From assembly GCA_004022145.1 (NCBI GenBank), contig RCNU01000006.1: a stretch of DNA of 64,000 nucleotides; one strand, 5' to 3'. The notes beneath the pieces were generated by a model. It was not told the DNA's origin. It did no database searches and saw nothing but the letters and a program-made list of their open reading frames with translations. Each line of letters begins with the position of its first letter. The stretch's first letter is position 1. Shown piece by piece: positions 12,428 to 25,035 of the stretch. A program made the position numbers and the translations under genes. This DNA comes from Paecilomyces variotii. Lineage: Eukaryota.

Positions 12428-13722
12428 GGTGCCTGCGGTTCCGGAGACAGCAGCCTGGTGGCTTCAATGCGGTGCGACGACGAGTGAGGCAGAAATGGAT
12501 GTGATGAAGACCAGACCTCAACGCATCCAGAAGAGGCGACTGGAGTTCACTGAACTGATATGCGCCTTCGGGTTCAGCAAGATGGCAGCGATAAGTATGC
12601 GAACCAAGGCACCACATGCGGCTGGGGAAGCTCGGAGGAGCACAGCGACCAGTCACTTCAAGCTGGCCGATCTTGCGGGGCGCGAAGTCCAAGCCTCAAC
12701 GTCACTTACTGTTCTTAAAGTACGGTGGCCCACAGCGGTCTCCAGGTGAATACTATTGATACCTCCGTAAAATAGAGTATAGTAGAGTAGAGATGCAATT
12801 GTTTATTATTTATTCATGGAAGATGGTTTGATCGGGTTTGTTCTAATCCATCGCATAGGGCTCTCTTGATGGAGGATGGTATCACGGATACTGTACTAAG
12901 TGATCATGCTGATCATGCCCAAGTGGCTGTGCAATCTAGGGACACTACCGTATGCATTCTCTACAAGCAAACAAGCTGTACAGTGTAGGTTCCTTGGAGC
13001 GGGAGATTACTTCACTTCTCCCAAGAAAGAGTCATTCATTGCCATTTGCTTCCTTCCAGTATTCATGGACTTCTAAGACGAATCACGTCGGATCCGAGTG
13101 GGTTAAACCTGTCCGTCTCCCCCAAGATCCCCGACGAAGCTCGTCCTTCCTCCACGTTGAAGCCACCGGGCTGATTGGAGCAAACATAGAATCAGACCCT
13201 GAACAGAAATCCTCTGTGTGTAACATCCGGCTTGTCACAGAATCTGAGTTGACCTCCACACGGGTGCTGGTCAGGGATACCGTGGAGGTTCGGGAACGAC
13301 CTCGCGGCATCAATGGTGATGGTGGTCTAACAATGGGCTCTGAGGCTGAGAGAGGTCGAGCTGGCCTGGATCTGTTAGACATCGTATCTAGTCCTCCGGC
13401 GTGGTCTACTAGTCACGTAAAATAGTTAGCCCTTAGCTGTTCAATCTAGTGCAAATGGCCTCCCCAAGACGGTGAGACGCGGACCAGAATGTGGAGAGCT
13501 AGCAGAAAACCCATCTATGAGATCTCGCGACGAGTCAATGGAAGGTGTCTCTTGCATTGAGGTCCGTATTCCTTCATATTCGACTTCATTCTCGCGTGGC
13601 CTTCTCCAGCGCTCAGCGGGCGCTTCTCGTGAATACGGAGTCCTTCTCGACGTCCGGCCTCTTTCAGGTTCATCAATATGCGGTCCTGTCCTCAACCCTC
13701 TTCCTGCCTGTTAGAGATACAT

Positions 13723-14406
13723 CTAGCACGACTTGGGAGGAAGGTATACTAACCTTCTGGGTGAGAAACGATCTCTTTCTCGAGTAGGATGCTGCTGATA
13801 CTCGTCGACGGGATCGAAATCCATACGCGTAGCCCTGAGATGTGCTGGGCGCGGTCTCGAAATCTCCTCCTCATGCATCTTATTTGGCCTGTACATATTT
13901 CCAGACGTGTAGTCCTCACCCAGTGTCTGTAGCGGCTCTGCTCTGTGGGTACTGTTTGCGGCATAAAAGTCATCAGGCAACGGTCTCCGTCTTGATCGCC
14001 GGTGTCTTCGTGGGCGAGTCTTATCAGCACTGTTATTCACCAGCATCTGTGATGGCCAGCGCGAGTGGAAGTGGGATTCTCCTCCCCAGGGACGCGATCT
14101 ATTCTGACTCACGACACGTCCATTTGCATCGAGGTATCGAGTGTGTGCGTAAGCCATCTTGGACCTTCGTCTGCGCGCCTGAAGCTCTTGACGTCTTCTT
14201 CGCCGTTTTATACAATGATACAAGCAACAACACAAAACCAACCCACAGCCTACGCAGAGGCCGGCAAAGATACTCGTGAGCACCAAGAGGTCTCTGCTTT
14301 GTGCGGGCCGCCCTGGCTGAGCTTGAGCCATTGTCAAAGTGAGGTGGTCTTGCGAAAGGAAGGAAGTTGGACCTCTATCATATGCGCATATTAGGAAGGA
14401 TGACAA
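13723..14406 (-). CDS. Hypothetical single-pass membrane protein (TM helix, Cys cluster, then poly-Arg); may splice to downstream ORFs at 13083-13695
   Basis: LLVLTSIFAGLCVGCGLVLCCCLY followed by KRRRRR (positive-inside rule); no recognisable family. Confidence 0.45.
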   Translation of the reverse strand: MSSFLICAYDRGPTSFLSQDHLTLTMAQAQPGRPAQSRDLLVLTSIFAGLCVGCGLVLCCCLYHCIKRRRRRQELQARRRRSKMAYAHTRYLDANGRVVSQNRSRPWGGESHFHSRWPSQMLVNNSADKTRPRRHRRSRRRPLPDDFYAANSTHRAEPLQTLGEDYTSGNMYRPNKMHEEEISRPRPAHLRATRMDFDPVDEYQQHPTRERDRFSPRRLVYLPPKSC

Positions 14407-14970
14407 TATAGAACGAAGACCCTTTACACGTCAACGCCCTGCCGATGACATGATCGCTTAATTCGGTTTTTCTCTTTCATTTCCGAAATTGAACTCTATG
14501 AGGTCTATAGCAAACTTGATTCCAGCTGTGGTTTGTTTGGCATGTCACGCAGACGCTTGAGATCCCGCAAGTAGCTCGTGGTTTCCCAGCAAAGTTTGTA
14601 CTGACAGTTAGAGCCAATCTATCAACTATCAACTATTTTATAGGTATAATAAGAGAATACCCTGAGGAATACTGCATTATTAGGTATTGATTGTAATTCA
14701 GACTAGTCCGAGAACATCCATCTGTCCTGGGGTTGTTTGATCTGCAGAAAGGTACACACAAAGTGAGCCCGGTTACACAGCGGGTAGCCATACCAACATG
14801 ATTTTGCTTTCTGCTTCTTTCTTCTCAAGTCGTCTCTTATGTGACTGTCCCCCTCGGACCGCTCGTACCATGATAGGCATCCATTATCAGGTGTCTCGAG
14901 TCGCAGAACTGGGCTCAAAAGCCTTCCAGAATGTAGTCACCAGACTTTACAGCCAAGCCCTTACGACGGG

Positions 14971-15861
14971 TCAAATTATCTCCTTCAGGCTTCCATCCAG
15001 ATCAACATAGCTCTCTAGGGTTAGATCTCCCCAGAACTTTTCTTCAATGTCCTCCCCTTTAGCCTCGAGAATTGAGCGCGGAATCGACCGGTACTGAAGT
15101 CTGTCGATGCAAGCCTTTTGCCCTAGAATTATGCCCGATCGTGCATTTGGGAGGCCTGATTTTTCCACAACCCAGGCGATAGAGTCGATTCTAAACAGCG
15201 TGTTGGTGAATTCGACATTGATAGAAACTTGGACCCGAGTACCTTCCTGGTTCTTATAGGCCTCACAGATCGGGTCGGCTAGATGTCTCTGGAACTGTTC
15301 ATCAAGAAGGTCTTTCGTGATGATCGTGGTAGCAGCGCCGGTGTCCCAAAGCATTTCAACTTCATCGAGTTTGCACACCGGCATACCCGATTCGTAGTCA
15401 ATAGCAGTGATTAAAGCGTTTCCCACAATGGCGGCCAGCGTACGCTCTGTTCGCAGCGCTCGAAGTTCAAGTACATAAGGCTCTCGTGGCAGGGGATCGT
15501 TTTCGTCGAGGAACTTCTTTTTCAGCAGGGCACGACGCTCTGGAGAGAGAGGCTTCGGGAAATCTTCTGGATCCAATCTTCCTGCGGTACGAATCGGACG
15601 GCTCGATGAGAGAGGGGCGTCTCCTACAGCTCTATCTTCGAGGGCTAGTTTCCGCAGGGTCTCTCGCCGAGTTGGGTTTGTGATTGGCAGAAGTATACGG
15701 TCAGGAAGACCATGGACGCAGGCCATGGTCGCCGTCAAGGCTTCTTCGTACGCGGGATGATTGCTCGAAAGGGCCACACGAAGGTCACTGTGGTGACCAT
15801 GGAGATGATCCGCCAGTGCGCTTAGGACCATGCTTGGGGGATATTTCTCCGGCAGATCCAT
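14971..15861 (-). CDS. Protein with a C-terminal retropepsin-like (clan AA) aspartic protease domain, intronless
   Basis: VEMLWDTGAATTII catalytic motif and downstream GIILG motif; ATG at 15861 (the ORF is open to 16020 through the minisatellite). Confidence 0.65.
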   Translation of the reverse strand: MDLPEKYPPSMVLSALADHLHGHHSDLRVALSSNHPAYEEALTATMACVHGLPDRILLPITNPTRRETLRKLALEDRAVGDAPLSSSRPIRTAGRLDPEDFPKPLSPERRALLKKKFLDENDPLPREPYVLELRALRTERTLAAIVGNALITAIDYESGMPVCKLDEVEMLWDTGAATTIITKDLLDEQFQRHLADPICEAYKNQEGTRVQVSINVEFTNTLFRIDSIAWVVEKSGLPNARSGIILGQKACIDRLQYRSIPRSILEAKGEDIEEKFWGDLTLESYVDLDGSLKEII

Positions 15862-15875
15862 GTTGGAGCGTGGAA

Positions 15876-15965
15876 AACAAGCAGCACACAGGATACAGAG
15901 ATAAGAACAAGCAGAACACAAGATACAGAGACGAGAACAGGCGGGACACCGGATACAGAGATGAG
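15876..15965 (+). repeat. 30-bp minisatellite, 3 diverged copies
   Basis: aacaagcagcacacaggatacagagataag / aacaagcagaacacaagatacagagacgag / aacaggcgggacaccggatacagagatgag. Confidence 0.85.
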
Positions 15966-16716
15966 ATGAGGCAGAGTTAGAAGGTTGTTGAAGGAAGCTC
16001 CTCGAGATGACTTGGAGCATGGGATGTACCTAATCAGGATAAGGGGGGCTAAGCCTGTTTGGGCGCCCGTACATGCATTGAGAACGGAAGGAACCTTTTC
16101 CACGCCTTGCAAATATAAGCGCCTATTGACTATTGAGACTCAATCCAGTGCAGTTCATAGCAGCGTGGCGTGGATATCCTATGGTGCTATGGTACGCGTT
16201 GCAGTACTATCCGTAGGGCCTAAGCGAACATTGTCTTCGTCTGGTCAATTGATTTCCCATGCGCTGCTCCACCCCCCTGGGTCTGATAGCATAGAGATCA
16301 AGTTGACATAGCAGTCTGATGTGAGCAATGAAAAGATAAGATTTTCTAGGTTGTGTGCTTGGTATAGTGAAGGAGAGGTCAGTTCCCTTTATGTTGGGTT
16401 GTTTACAATGAAAGAGCATTCTACATAGTCCCTCAGTATGAAGATGAGAAGGCATTTTTAGAGTCGCACAAAGCCTCATGATACTGCTAATGCAGGCCAT
16501 ACATTTGCAGAATATCTAAGCTATTCATTGTGCGTTTGCTCAAGTACAGCCCCGCGTTTGCTTATCCATCTGATCAGTCCCCCGTTCTCCATAGTCACCG
16601 TCTTTCTGTCTCCGCTCCTGTTTCCCAATCATGCGTGCTCTCCAATCATTGTTGACTAGTTCGTAGCTAAATGTAGCCCCGCGGCGGAGCAGACCCGCGT
16701 CTTTAATCTCACTTCA

Positions 16717-17016
16717 TCAGACAGCGGTGGATGCGACAAAGTCCCTGGGAACGCCCTCTTCTGTACGTCTGGTTCCATCGGGGACGACGAGACGATGAGC
16801 AGTTGCGTCGATGGCGGGGTCTTCATTCTGACCACTGCGATCTCTCTTCTTCAGGAGAGCCTTTATTTTGTGGAATACTCCAAGGACTCTTCTATGGCGC
16901 CAGGGATAGACACCGAACCAGTCCCGGAAGAGAACAAAATGGAGGATGTACATCGCTATAACCCCCAAACATCCAATCGAAAGAAGTATAATCACAATAA
17001 TTTGGGATTGATACAT
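16717..17016 (-). CDS. Hypothetical small membrane protein (99 aa)
   Basis: ATG-initiated; N-terminal hydrophobic segment IIVIILLSIGCLGVIAMYILHFVLF followed by basic residues. Confidence 0.4.
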   Translation of the reverse strand: MYQSQIIVIILLSIGCLGVIAMYILHFVLFRDWFGVYPWRHRRVLGVFHKIKALLKKRDRSGQNEDPAIDATAHRLVVPDGTRRTEEGVPRDFVASTAV

Positions 17017-17531
17017 CTTTTCGTGATTTGCCTAGAGCTTGTTTGTAAATCAAGTGTCAGTTTATAGAAAACTAGCCTGGATGATAAGAGATCTTACTTA
17101 CCAGTAAGGCAGATGTGTTTCAGTCTCGGGGGAAGAGACACGATATGTCTGAAAGCGCGTTCTTTGCTATGAAGAGGACTGTCTATTAGTACAAACACTA
17201 TGTCACTTAAAGATAGAAGACAGGGTCATATACATAACGAGATTTGGAGCTGAAGAGCCTGGACGCTTATGGATAAACGTCTATGGTAGTGAGTCGTTAC
17301 GGAACAGGGCTAAGATAATATGTTTGGAAGAAGAGACTTTATATCTGGAGTGTTACAATGGACAGATGCGTCAACATAGGTTTCGGGGGTGCCCACTATC
17401 AAAAGTTGTTTATAACACATTTGTGGCGGCCGCAGCAGCGCAAATGTAATGAACATTTCTCATGTGAAATCAGGGTCTTTATTCTACCCGGTTGACTATA
17501 CATTTTATGCCAATTCGATCTATGTCATCTA

Positions 17532-20500
17532 TCATACTGCTGATGAAGCAAGAGCCGACTCCATCTTAGAGAGCCAGTCATCGTGTAAGTTGGCAGAGCG
17601 TCCAGCCTCGAGGAATGATTGCACCTTTTGCTTCAATGTAAGTCTGTCCTCTTCCCTGTGCCCTACCGCCGCGGAACTCTGCGACACCAAGAATCTAGCA
17701 GCGCTGAGGACCCGCGTTCCTAGCACGAACATGTCTGTCTTCGATGCCCATCCCAAGAGTCCATCTTTCGAGGAGCACGCAAGCTGTGTGAGATAGGACA
17801 ATCCCCCCATCACCCAGCCAGAGAAGTCCTGAACGATAGCGGGGTCTGAAGCGTCTGCTTCCAGGCCAAAAAGGACTCCTGTCCAAATGTCGATTTCACG
17901 AATGTCGTCTATGTAGAGGTTTTGTTTCTCCTCCACAAAGAGGACAGTGCTCTCCTTCAAGTATTCGGACGCAAGTTGTGAGACAGCAACCAGTCTCCCT
18001 TGTGAAGTGCCAATTGCTTGGCCGACGACACGTCGAACAGCATCCCGGAATAAGCGATGTGAGTTCTTATAGTGAGCGGCGATAAATTCTGCAAGTAATT
18101 TACTTGCAGTCAATGGTGCTAGGGCCACGGCCCTTCCAGGAGAAACAGACGAGTACGACAGGAGCTGCGAAGCAACAGAAGCCGATATCTCACGGAGTTC
18201 TTCATCGTCGTCATTAAGCATGTCGTACAGTATGAGATAAATATCTAGAGCAGCAGGAGGGGTCTTTGGTGACCCAGTTTGCGATCGTAAAGCTCTCGAA
18301 AAGCTAGATAGCGACAGCACCGCTGCATATCTGGTGGTAAATTCCTATAGCATGTCAGACTAGATTCGGGCATAATATCAGATAGCAGTTTCCATCAACT
18401 TACAGTTTCTTCCTTCATGGCATACTGAACTTTAATGGCCCATTTACGTAGCCCCAACGTAAAGTCTCTGGATAACTCCCATCCACCAAGGCTCCTAGCC
18501 TCAAGGATAAGCAAGCAGCCCTGAAGCCGCAATGCTGCGTCTGTTGTTTCGCGGCTCTGTGTGTGTGCATCATAGTCAATTTGAATGCTGTCCCTGATGG
18601 CGGTCCATGGAACTTCGAAATCAGAGATGCTACTAGAGTCCGTTTCTAGGAGTCCCTCGAGGATGGCTGCCATGGTCGTAATTGCACATGCTTTCACGTA
18701 CTCCGGGAAACTTTCTGTGATGGCATATGTGCAGAGATCCAGAAGCTGCTTTTTATATGTTGCATTGTTTCCGAACACCCTAGACATTTGTTCCAACAGC
18801 CAGCGAGCGCTGTCTGGGTCCACTGCTGAAATTCGAAAAAGCAGCTGTGACAACCAGTGAGGCTCAGACTTCACCGACGAGATTTGCTTCAAGATTGAAG
18901 TCCAAGCAAGAGACCTTCGCAGCAGAGATGACGCCCTAGCCTCACTCTTGGGCTCCATAGAAGGATGAGCTACCACAAGGGCTCGATCCAGTCTGCTAGA
19001 TAAATCGTTGGTCTCGAGCATGGAGTTGATATAGGGTAGTGTTATAACTATCCCTTTGTTAGAATAGCGCTACTATACACCGGCAAAGTGGGAAATGCTT
19101 ACCTTCACTACCTGACTCCATGCTTTTCTCAATAGCATCGTTCAAGATATCAAGAATAGCAGCTTGAACGAATGGAGAATGCGCGAGAGGAAACATTGTG
19201 GTGAATACCTTGCTTATAATTCGCATAATCGCTTCAAGTTGATCTGGAATATCGTGAGCGAAAGAAGTCACCAAAAGGTACCGCTGGGCTCATACCATTC
19301 CAGTGGCCGAGTAACGACAGTTCCAAACGTTGTAAAGCAAACCGAATACAGAGCGCCTTTCCGTGAATGTAGTTCTGGCCTGAAGATTCATTGCTCTCCA
19401 AAAGAATGCCGAGTTCACTTGGAACCTCAGGCAGCTTCAAGAGAGACGCATACACTCTTGAAGCGTGTTCTCTTATAGCCCAAACTGGACTCTTTGCATG
19501 ATACAGGACCAATGATCTCAATCCACGATCCTCATCTCCAGAAATCGACGGCACCTTTTCGCCGATCAATTCGAGGGCGGGGAAGACGCGTTCCGTCGCT
19601 GTTGTGGCTTTTCCATCACTGCCTTCTCCTTCGGGTGTCAGAAGACCGGAGAGTAAGTTTATCAAGCCAGGGTATCTCTGAAATGGAATTCTGGATCCGC
19701 TTTCGGATCCGGACACGCCTCCGAATCCCAGACCAACCCCAGTGACGGAACGGCACATCCTTATCAGCAATGCGCGGAAAAGCATCAGTCCGCAATTTCG
19801 AATGGCCCAGCTAGACTTATGTTAGTTACAGCCCCCGAAAATATTTCAGATTACTTACATCTGGGAACTTATACACTCAGCTGATATCCTTAACGCGGAC
19901 ATGATGAAGGGCTCCGTATGAGGGCCCAATCTAGTGTCTGTAAAGATATCCTTCAGACAATTCATGGCATGTACTTGAGGCAACTTAATCTCGTAACTTG
20001 TGGCATCCTGCGTGGCAGGCAGTCGAGAGATGTCTTGGAGTTCTGTCATGACTTGCTGAAATAAGGGCCCTCCTGGATTAGATGATAAAATACCGGTAAC
20101 CAGAGCAGGTAATCCTGCAGAACGCCGGGTTAATTTAGAGGCTTGCTCCTCTATGATGTTTCTCGCTTGCTATTCATCATTAGTTGAGAGGCTTTCTGAA
20201 CAGACTGATCAGAGCTCACCATATACCATCCAGCAGGAAGGCTGGAGATGGACGGATCGCTCGACTCCCCGCATCGCTGACAGCAGGTGGAAAAGGTCTG
20301 CGATACAGTGGAGAAGGCGCCACGATGCCTTAGTTCGGCCAACTGAGTAAAACTAGCCATTCCAATTGTCTCGTAGTCTGTTCGACTGAGTCCTCCTTGA
20401 GAGGGTGCATAAGAGGAATTGGCAAGAGTAGCATGCAGCAAGAGACTAATTTTGTGAGTAATAGCAAATGAACTCTGGTTTGTCTTACATACCTTGATTC

Positions 20501-22992
20501 CCGAAGCGCGCGCCAAGAGTAAGACAATATGTCTTTTGGTCCCACAACCAAGTCTTCAATAGGCTCGTCAGTGTGTCCTTCGGGCGAGTCGACACATAGC
20601 ACTGGTTTCACTGCCATCCATATTCTATCACAGAATGACACTATGCTATCGTGCACTGCTTTCCAGGACGTATATTCCTTATCCTCCGTTCCTGATACCT
20701 CAGAATAGAAGTTAGAGGTGGCCACGATATATCTGGAATTTTGTTAGCAACAGCTCTCGGAGGTCTTTATTTGTTCACCAACCTGAGAGCAGAGATATAA
20801 CCGTGAAGAGGCGCATCGCGCATTGAAGAATTGAAAAGACCACCTGGATGCAACAGCTTCCCTTCAAGCTTTTTCAGAATGAAATTCACAACACCGTATT
20901 TGCTTCTGTACCAGTATGGAGAGGATGCATCAGAGCCAACTGCGGCGAGTGAAAAGACGACATGGTACAGACGGGCAACCGCATCGGCATGATCAGCCCT
21001 ACTGGTGCTGCTTGCCAGATGCTCCGCTTTGGTCAATGCTTCAATTAGCTGTGACATTGGGCTTTCCTTATCATGTGCCAGCGCTATCTGCGACGAATCG
21101 AGTGGGAACATGGCCAAGATAGACAAGGAAGTAGCTCGAACTTCCTCAAAAGGGTCCAGCAAAAGATCGACCAAGAGTCTAAGCAGACGCGGGCGAAGAA
21201 TATCGAGACTGAAACGCCAAGGAAGGACATCTTTCTCCGACTTCATTATAGGGGGTGCATTGACACGAGAGTCGAGTCTGGACTGCAGAACAAGAGCGAG
21301 GGCTTTTAAAGCCATTATGTGACGCTGGTAGGAAGCAGTTGGCTCTAGATCTCTTTCCAGGAATGACACATATCTCTCCAGAAATTCTCGGGAATCGAAT
21401 CTAATTTCTTCGACATATGTGCTCTGGTTCACGGATCGACGCCTTTTCAGCCGACGAGGGTTTTCGTCCACCTCTGGGAGTGCAGCCCCCTTTGCGTGAT
21501 TATCAGACTTCTGAGTCCCGCTACGTAAACGGACCAATAGTCGACGAGTCAAGGTCAAAATATGGCCTCGTGACTGGGCATCAGAGTCTGCGTGTAGGGC
21601 TGGTAGACCAAACAAGATCGCCTGCAGGGCATCCGAGCCAATCGGTTTCGTTGTGGAAGATGCTGTTATAAGCAAAGAAAGGGCTGCTACACGAATGCTC
21701 CCTTCTCGGTGGAGCAAAAATTGGCCCAGAGTATCACTTTTGATAACCAATATGGCATCGTTATTGTTTTTGGCCGTGGATGCCTTCCCAAAGACACCTA
21801 AGTACTTGTCAGCAGTGAAACATATGCTTATTCCCACAGGTGTACTTCTGTGATTACCATCTTCGTGTACTAGACCGACTTTCTTTCCAATCTGCAAGGC
21901 CGAGAAAAGTAGGGTGAACTGGTCTAGCGGAGCTTCTGTCATGTCACCTGACAGAAGGATTTGTACGGGCAATTGATCGATAAAAGTACGGAACCCACTA
22001 GAGTCAACTGTGAAAAGTGGAGTCAACATATGGTTAGACATAGTATCCAAGGCATCCATATTCCTCAGCATGATCTGCTTAGTAGGAGCAACCCATATGG
22101 GCAATGAGTTCGTCGGATCCAGATAAATATTTTCGCTGCTTGGCAGAGCAGCTTTTATCTTTTGCAACAGAGAAGCCAAGACAGCACCGGAGGCAGACGC
22201 AATTTCCGGGCTCGTTGCCCGAATGAGTAGAGCCAACGTAAAAATCCTGGCGACATGGGTGATGCTGTATTGCTCTCCGGAGACTTCTCGGTTCATGACT
22301 GAACCACTTATCCATGTCTCGTGATGCTGCTCAAACACAGGTTTCCAAAGATCACCATGAGTCGAGAGAAAGTTAGAGACCATGTTCATCAGTTGATACG
22401 GAGATATAGCGTTCTTCCGTACAAAGATCTCCAGTGACAGAAGTGAAACCTTCAAGCGCGAGCGCGGCTCTCCTGTGATGATGCTTGGTAATATGATCTC
22501 ACCTGCTCGTGAAAGGAGAGCTTCGACTTCGCCAGAATCTGTATACTTGGCAAGGATCTTAAGTAGAGAATTCAGCACTTGCTTCATTGGCTTTGGCTTC
22601 GCGTCCTCGAAACGGTCAACGTATACTTCAAACACAGAAAGCCATGTTTCTTTGGACAAAGCAATCTCTTGCGTTTCATGATTCTTGGACAGTAAGGCCG
22701 CATCCAGGAAGCCACTGACTGCATTGCAGGTGGTCGTCGTGTGAGACGCTGATGTGGACGCATCTGCAAACGTTTGGAAGAGGGATTGCCATAGGGTCTT
22801 CACTTTCCTTTTTCGAGATAATTAGATGTTTTCCTTTCAACATGAAATTGCAGCCACGGCTTACTGGTTATCTTGACATTCGAGGGTGAATTTGACCAAC
22901 GGCCCTCTGCAAATGCGTGTCAAGGTATCTGCGGGGAGAATTTGTATATTTTGGGAAATGGACTCCATTTCCGCCCAACCGGTCTCAGCCAT
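17532..22992 (-). CDS. TRM732: THADA / Trm732 armadillo-repeat protein (DUF2428), tRNA 2'-O-methylation cofactor, multi-exon
   Basis: LRHRGAFS, TRRSAGLPALVTGIL, HAMNCLKDIF, WAIRNCGLMLFRAL, LFVEEKQNLYID, MLNDDDEELR; exon 1 MAETGW... ends at a GTAAG donor. Confidence 0.85.
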
Positions 22993-23389
22993 GTTTGCAA
23001 GTTCTGTCCGGCCCAATTATATAAGACCAATACAGCATCATATTCTTCCCAGAGAAGAAATCTGGATCTGAGAAACCGCTGGTATCTCAACTATGGCGTT
23101 GCCCCTCGCTGTCCAAAAAGTTCTCTTGCCGCATGTGGATTTTCCACGAACCCACCAGAAACGGCTAGCCCCGGACAAACACCTCTTCCGCCCTCCGCCC
23201 GGGCTGCTCATGTTTGCCGTCACGGGAAAGAAGTTTTCGACCCGGAGACTCCAGATCATAGCCGGATCTCTTCCTCCACGCCGTTATCCAGGCCACGTTT
23301 CCTAGCAGTGCAGCTGCCCCGCTGGCTCTAGTTTTTTCTTTTCAATTTATTCTGTATTAGAATTCTAATTTATTTCATTTTCTTCCGAG

Positions 23390-24072
23390 ATGGCTATCTG
23401 GGACACAGTTACGGGCCGCAAGTCCAATACCAACAACCCCGAGCCCTTTGACCCGTCGACCGCGCAGGATGTCTCTTCGTTTCTATCAGGCTCTGCGCTT
23501 CCAGACCCCTCTGAGCTGCACCCCCTCGCTGGTCTGAATCAGGACACGCTCGACTACCTTACCCTTGAAGACTCCGCTCTGGACGAGCTGCCCGGATCTC
23601 GATCCGCTCTGCCTTCAAGAGGATGGACGGACGATCTCTGTTATGGAACTGGCACAACATATCTTGCGGCTTTGACTCTTGGAGGAGCTTGGGGGCTTGC
23701 TGAAGGGTTGCAGAAGACTCCATCTACGGCGCCTCCGAAGCTACGGCTGAACAGTGTTTTGAACTCAATCACCCGAAGAGGACCCTTTCTCGGCAACTCT
23801 GCCGGTGTGGTCGCCATGGTTTATAACGGAATCAACTCATCGCTTGGGTATGTGCGTGGAAAGCACGATTCGGCCAATAGCATTGTCGCGGGAGCCCTCA
23901 GTGGAATGGTCTTCAAGAGCACGAGGGGCGTGAAGCCCATGCTGATTTCCGGAGGAATTGTTGCTAGCATTGCTGGCGCTTGGGCGGTAAGAACACGCGC
24001 ACACTTGATATGTTAACTCGCGCAGAATATCGTCTGATGTCTTTCTAGGTTATGAGAAGAGCTATCTTCTAA
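23390..24072 (+). CDS. TIM23: Mitochondrial inner membrane translocase subunit Tim23
   Basis: LPSRGWTDDLCYGTG, KLRLNSVLNSITRRGPFLGN, RGKHD; intron 23987-24048, last exon VMRRAIF*. Confidence 0.95.
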
Positions 24073-25035
24073 AGGCACCGCGACGCGATTATCGTACCTA
24101 CGTGACTGGTCGAGATAGGTAGACCTGATTAATTTTGCGGCCGACGCCTCGGGGCAATACCCTCCTCCACATAGAGCGGCCCGAGCGGCGGATGTCGCAG
24201 CTGTCACTATACTCCTTCACGCTGTATTAGAAGCTTGCTATTTATTCCGACAAATCTCCTCACTCCGGCGCTCGAAGCATCCTTTATTGCATTGTCTCTG
24301 GGTTTGGGACCGGGCATGGTCATGGGCTGTTTTAGTTTCCTGTACATATAGAGATCTCCTTTGGATCCTTTTTTATCGTTTGCAGATGCTTGGCGATGAC
24401 TGTTTTCTTACTAGTTTGTCACGACAGGCGATCTTTTACGAAGTGCTCCAATGGAGAAGATATTCAAACAAGCTGAACGATTCAACAGTTTCCTTCAAGT
24501 ATCTTAGCAGGGTGCACCATCATGCCAGAACGGCCTCATGTTCCCTTTTTGCGCAAGCGAAGCATCCAGCGTTCATATGAGCTGCAGAGTCGTCCACCAG
24601 CAAGCCCAAAGCCGTATGGAATTTGATCTCGTGCTTGGCTCGACGATTGTAGCGCCCTGCTGGCAAGCTGGAGGCAGTTTCCACTCTAGTGGATTGTAAC
24701 GTGTTACTCTTTCCGGGCGGAAACCCCCGGTCAATTTGCTTGACATGCCAATGAGGTCCAGGCGGCCTCGCCAGCGTTTGTGTCTGCTCTGTTTACTCAA
24801 CTTGGGTACTCCCAACACGTCCACATTATGATCCAAGTAAGCTTGCTGCTCTCTGATAAAGTCTTACATCGAGACGTCCCCTTCATCTGCTATCCCTCAT
24901 ATTTATTGCCTACACACAGTCTCAGTGCCAGCTGCCATGGCCAGTCTAAAATAACAGCAATGTCATAAGGCACACGCGTCATATTATCACTATCAAACAT
25001 CTTTCTTACGACATAGTTTATCTGGCTACAGACTC

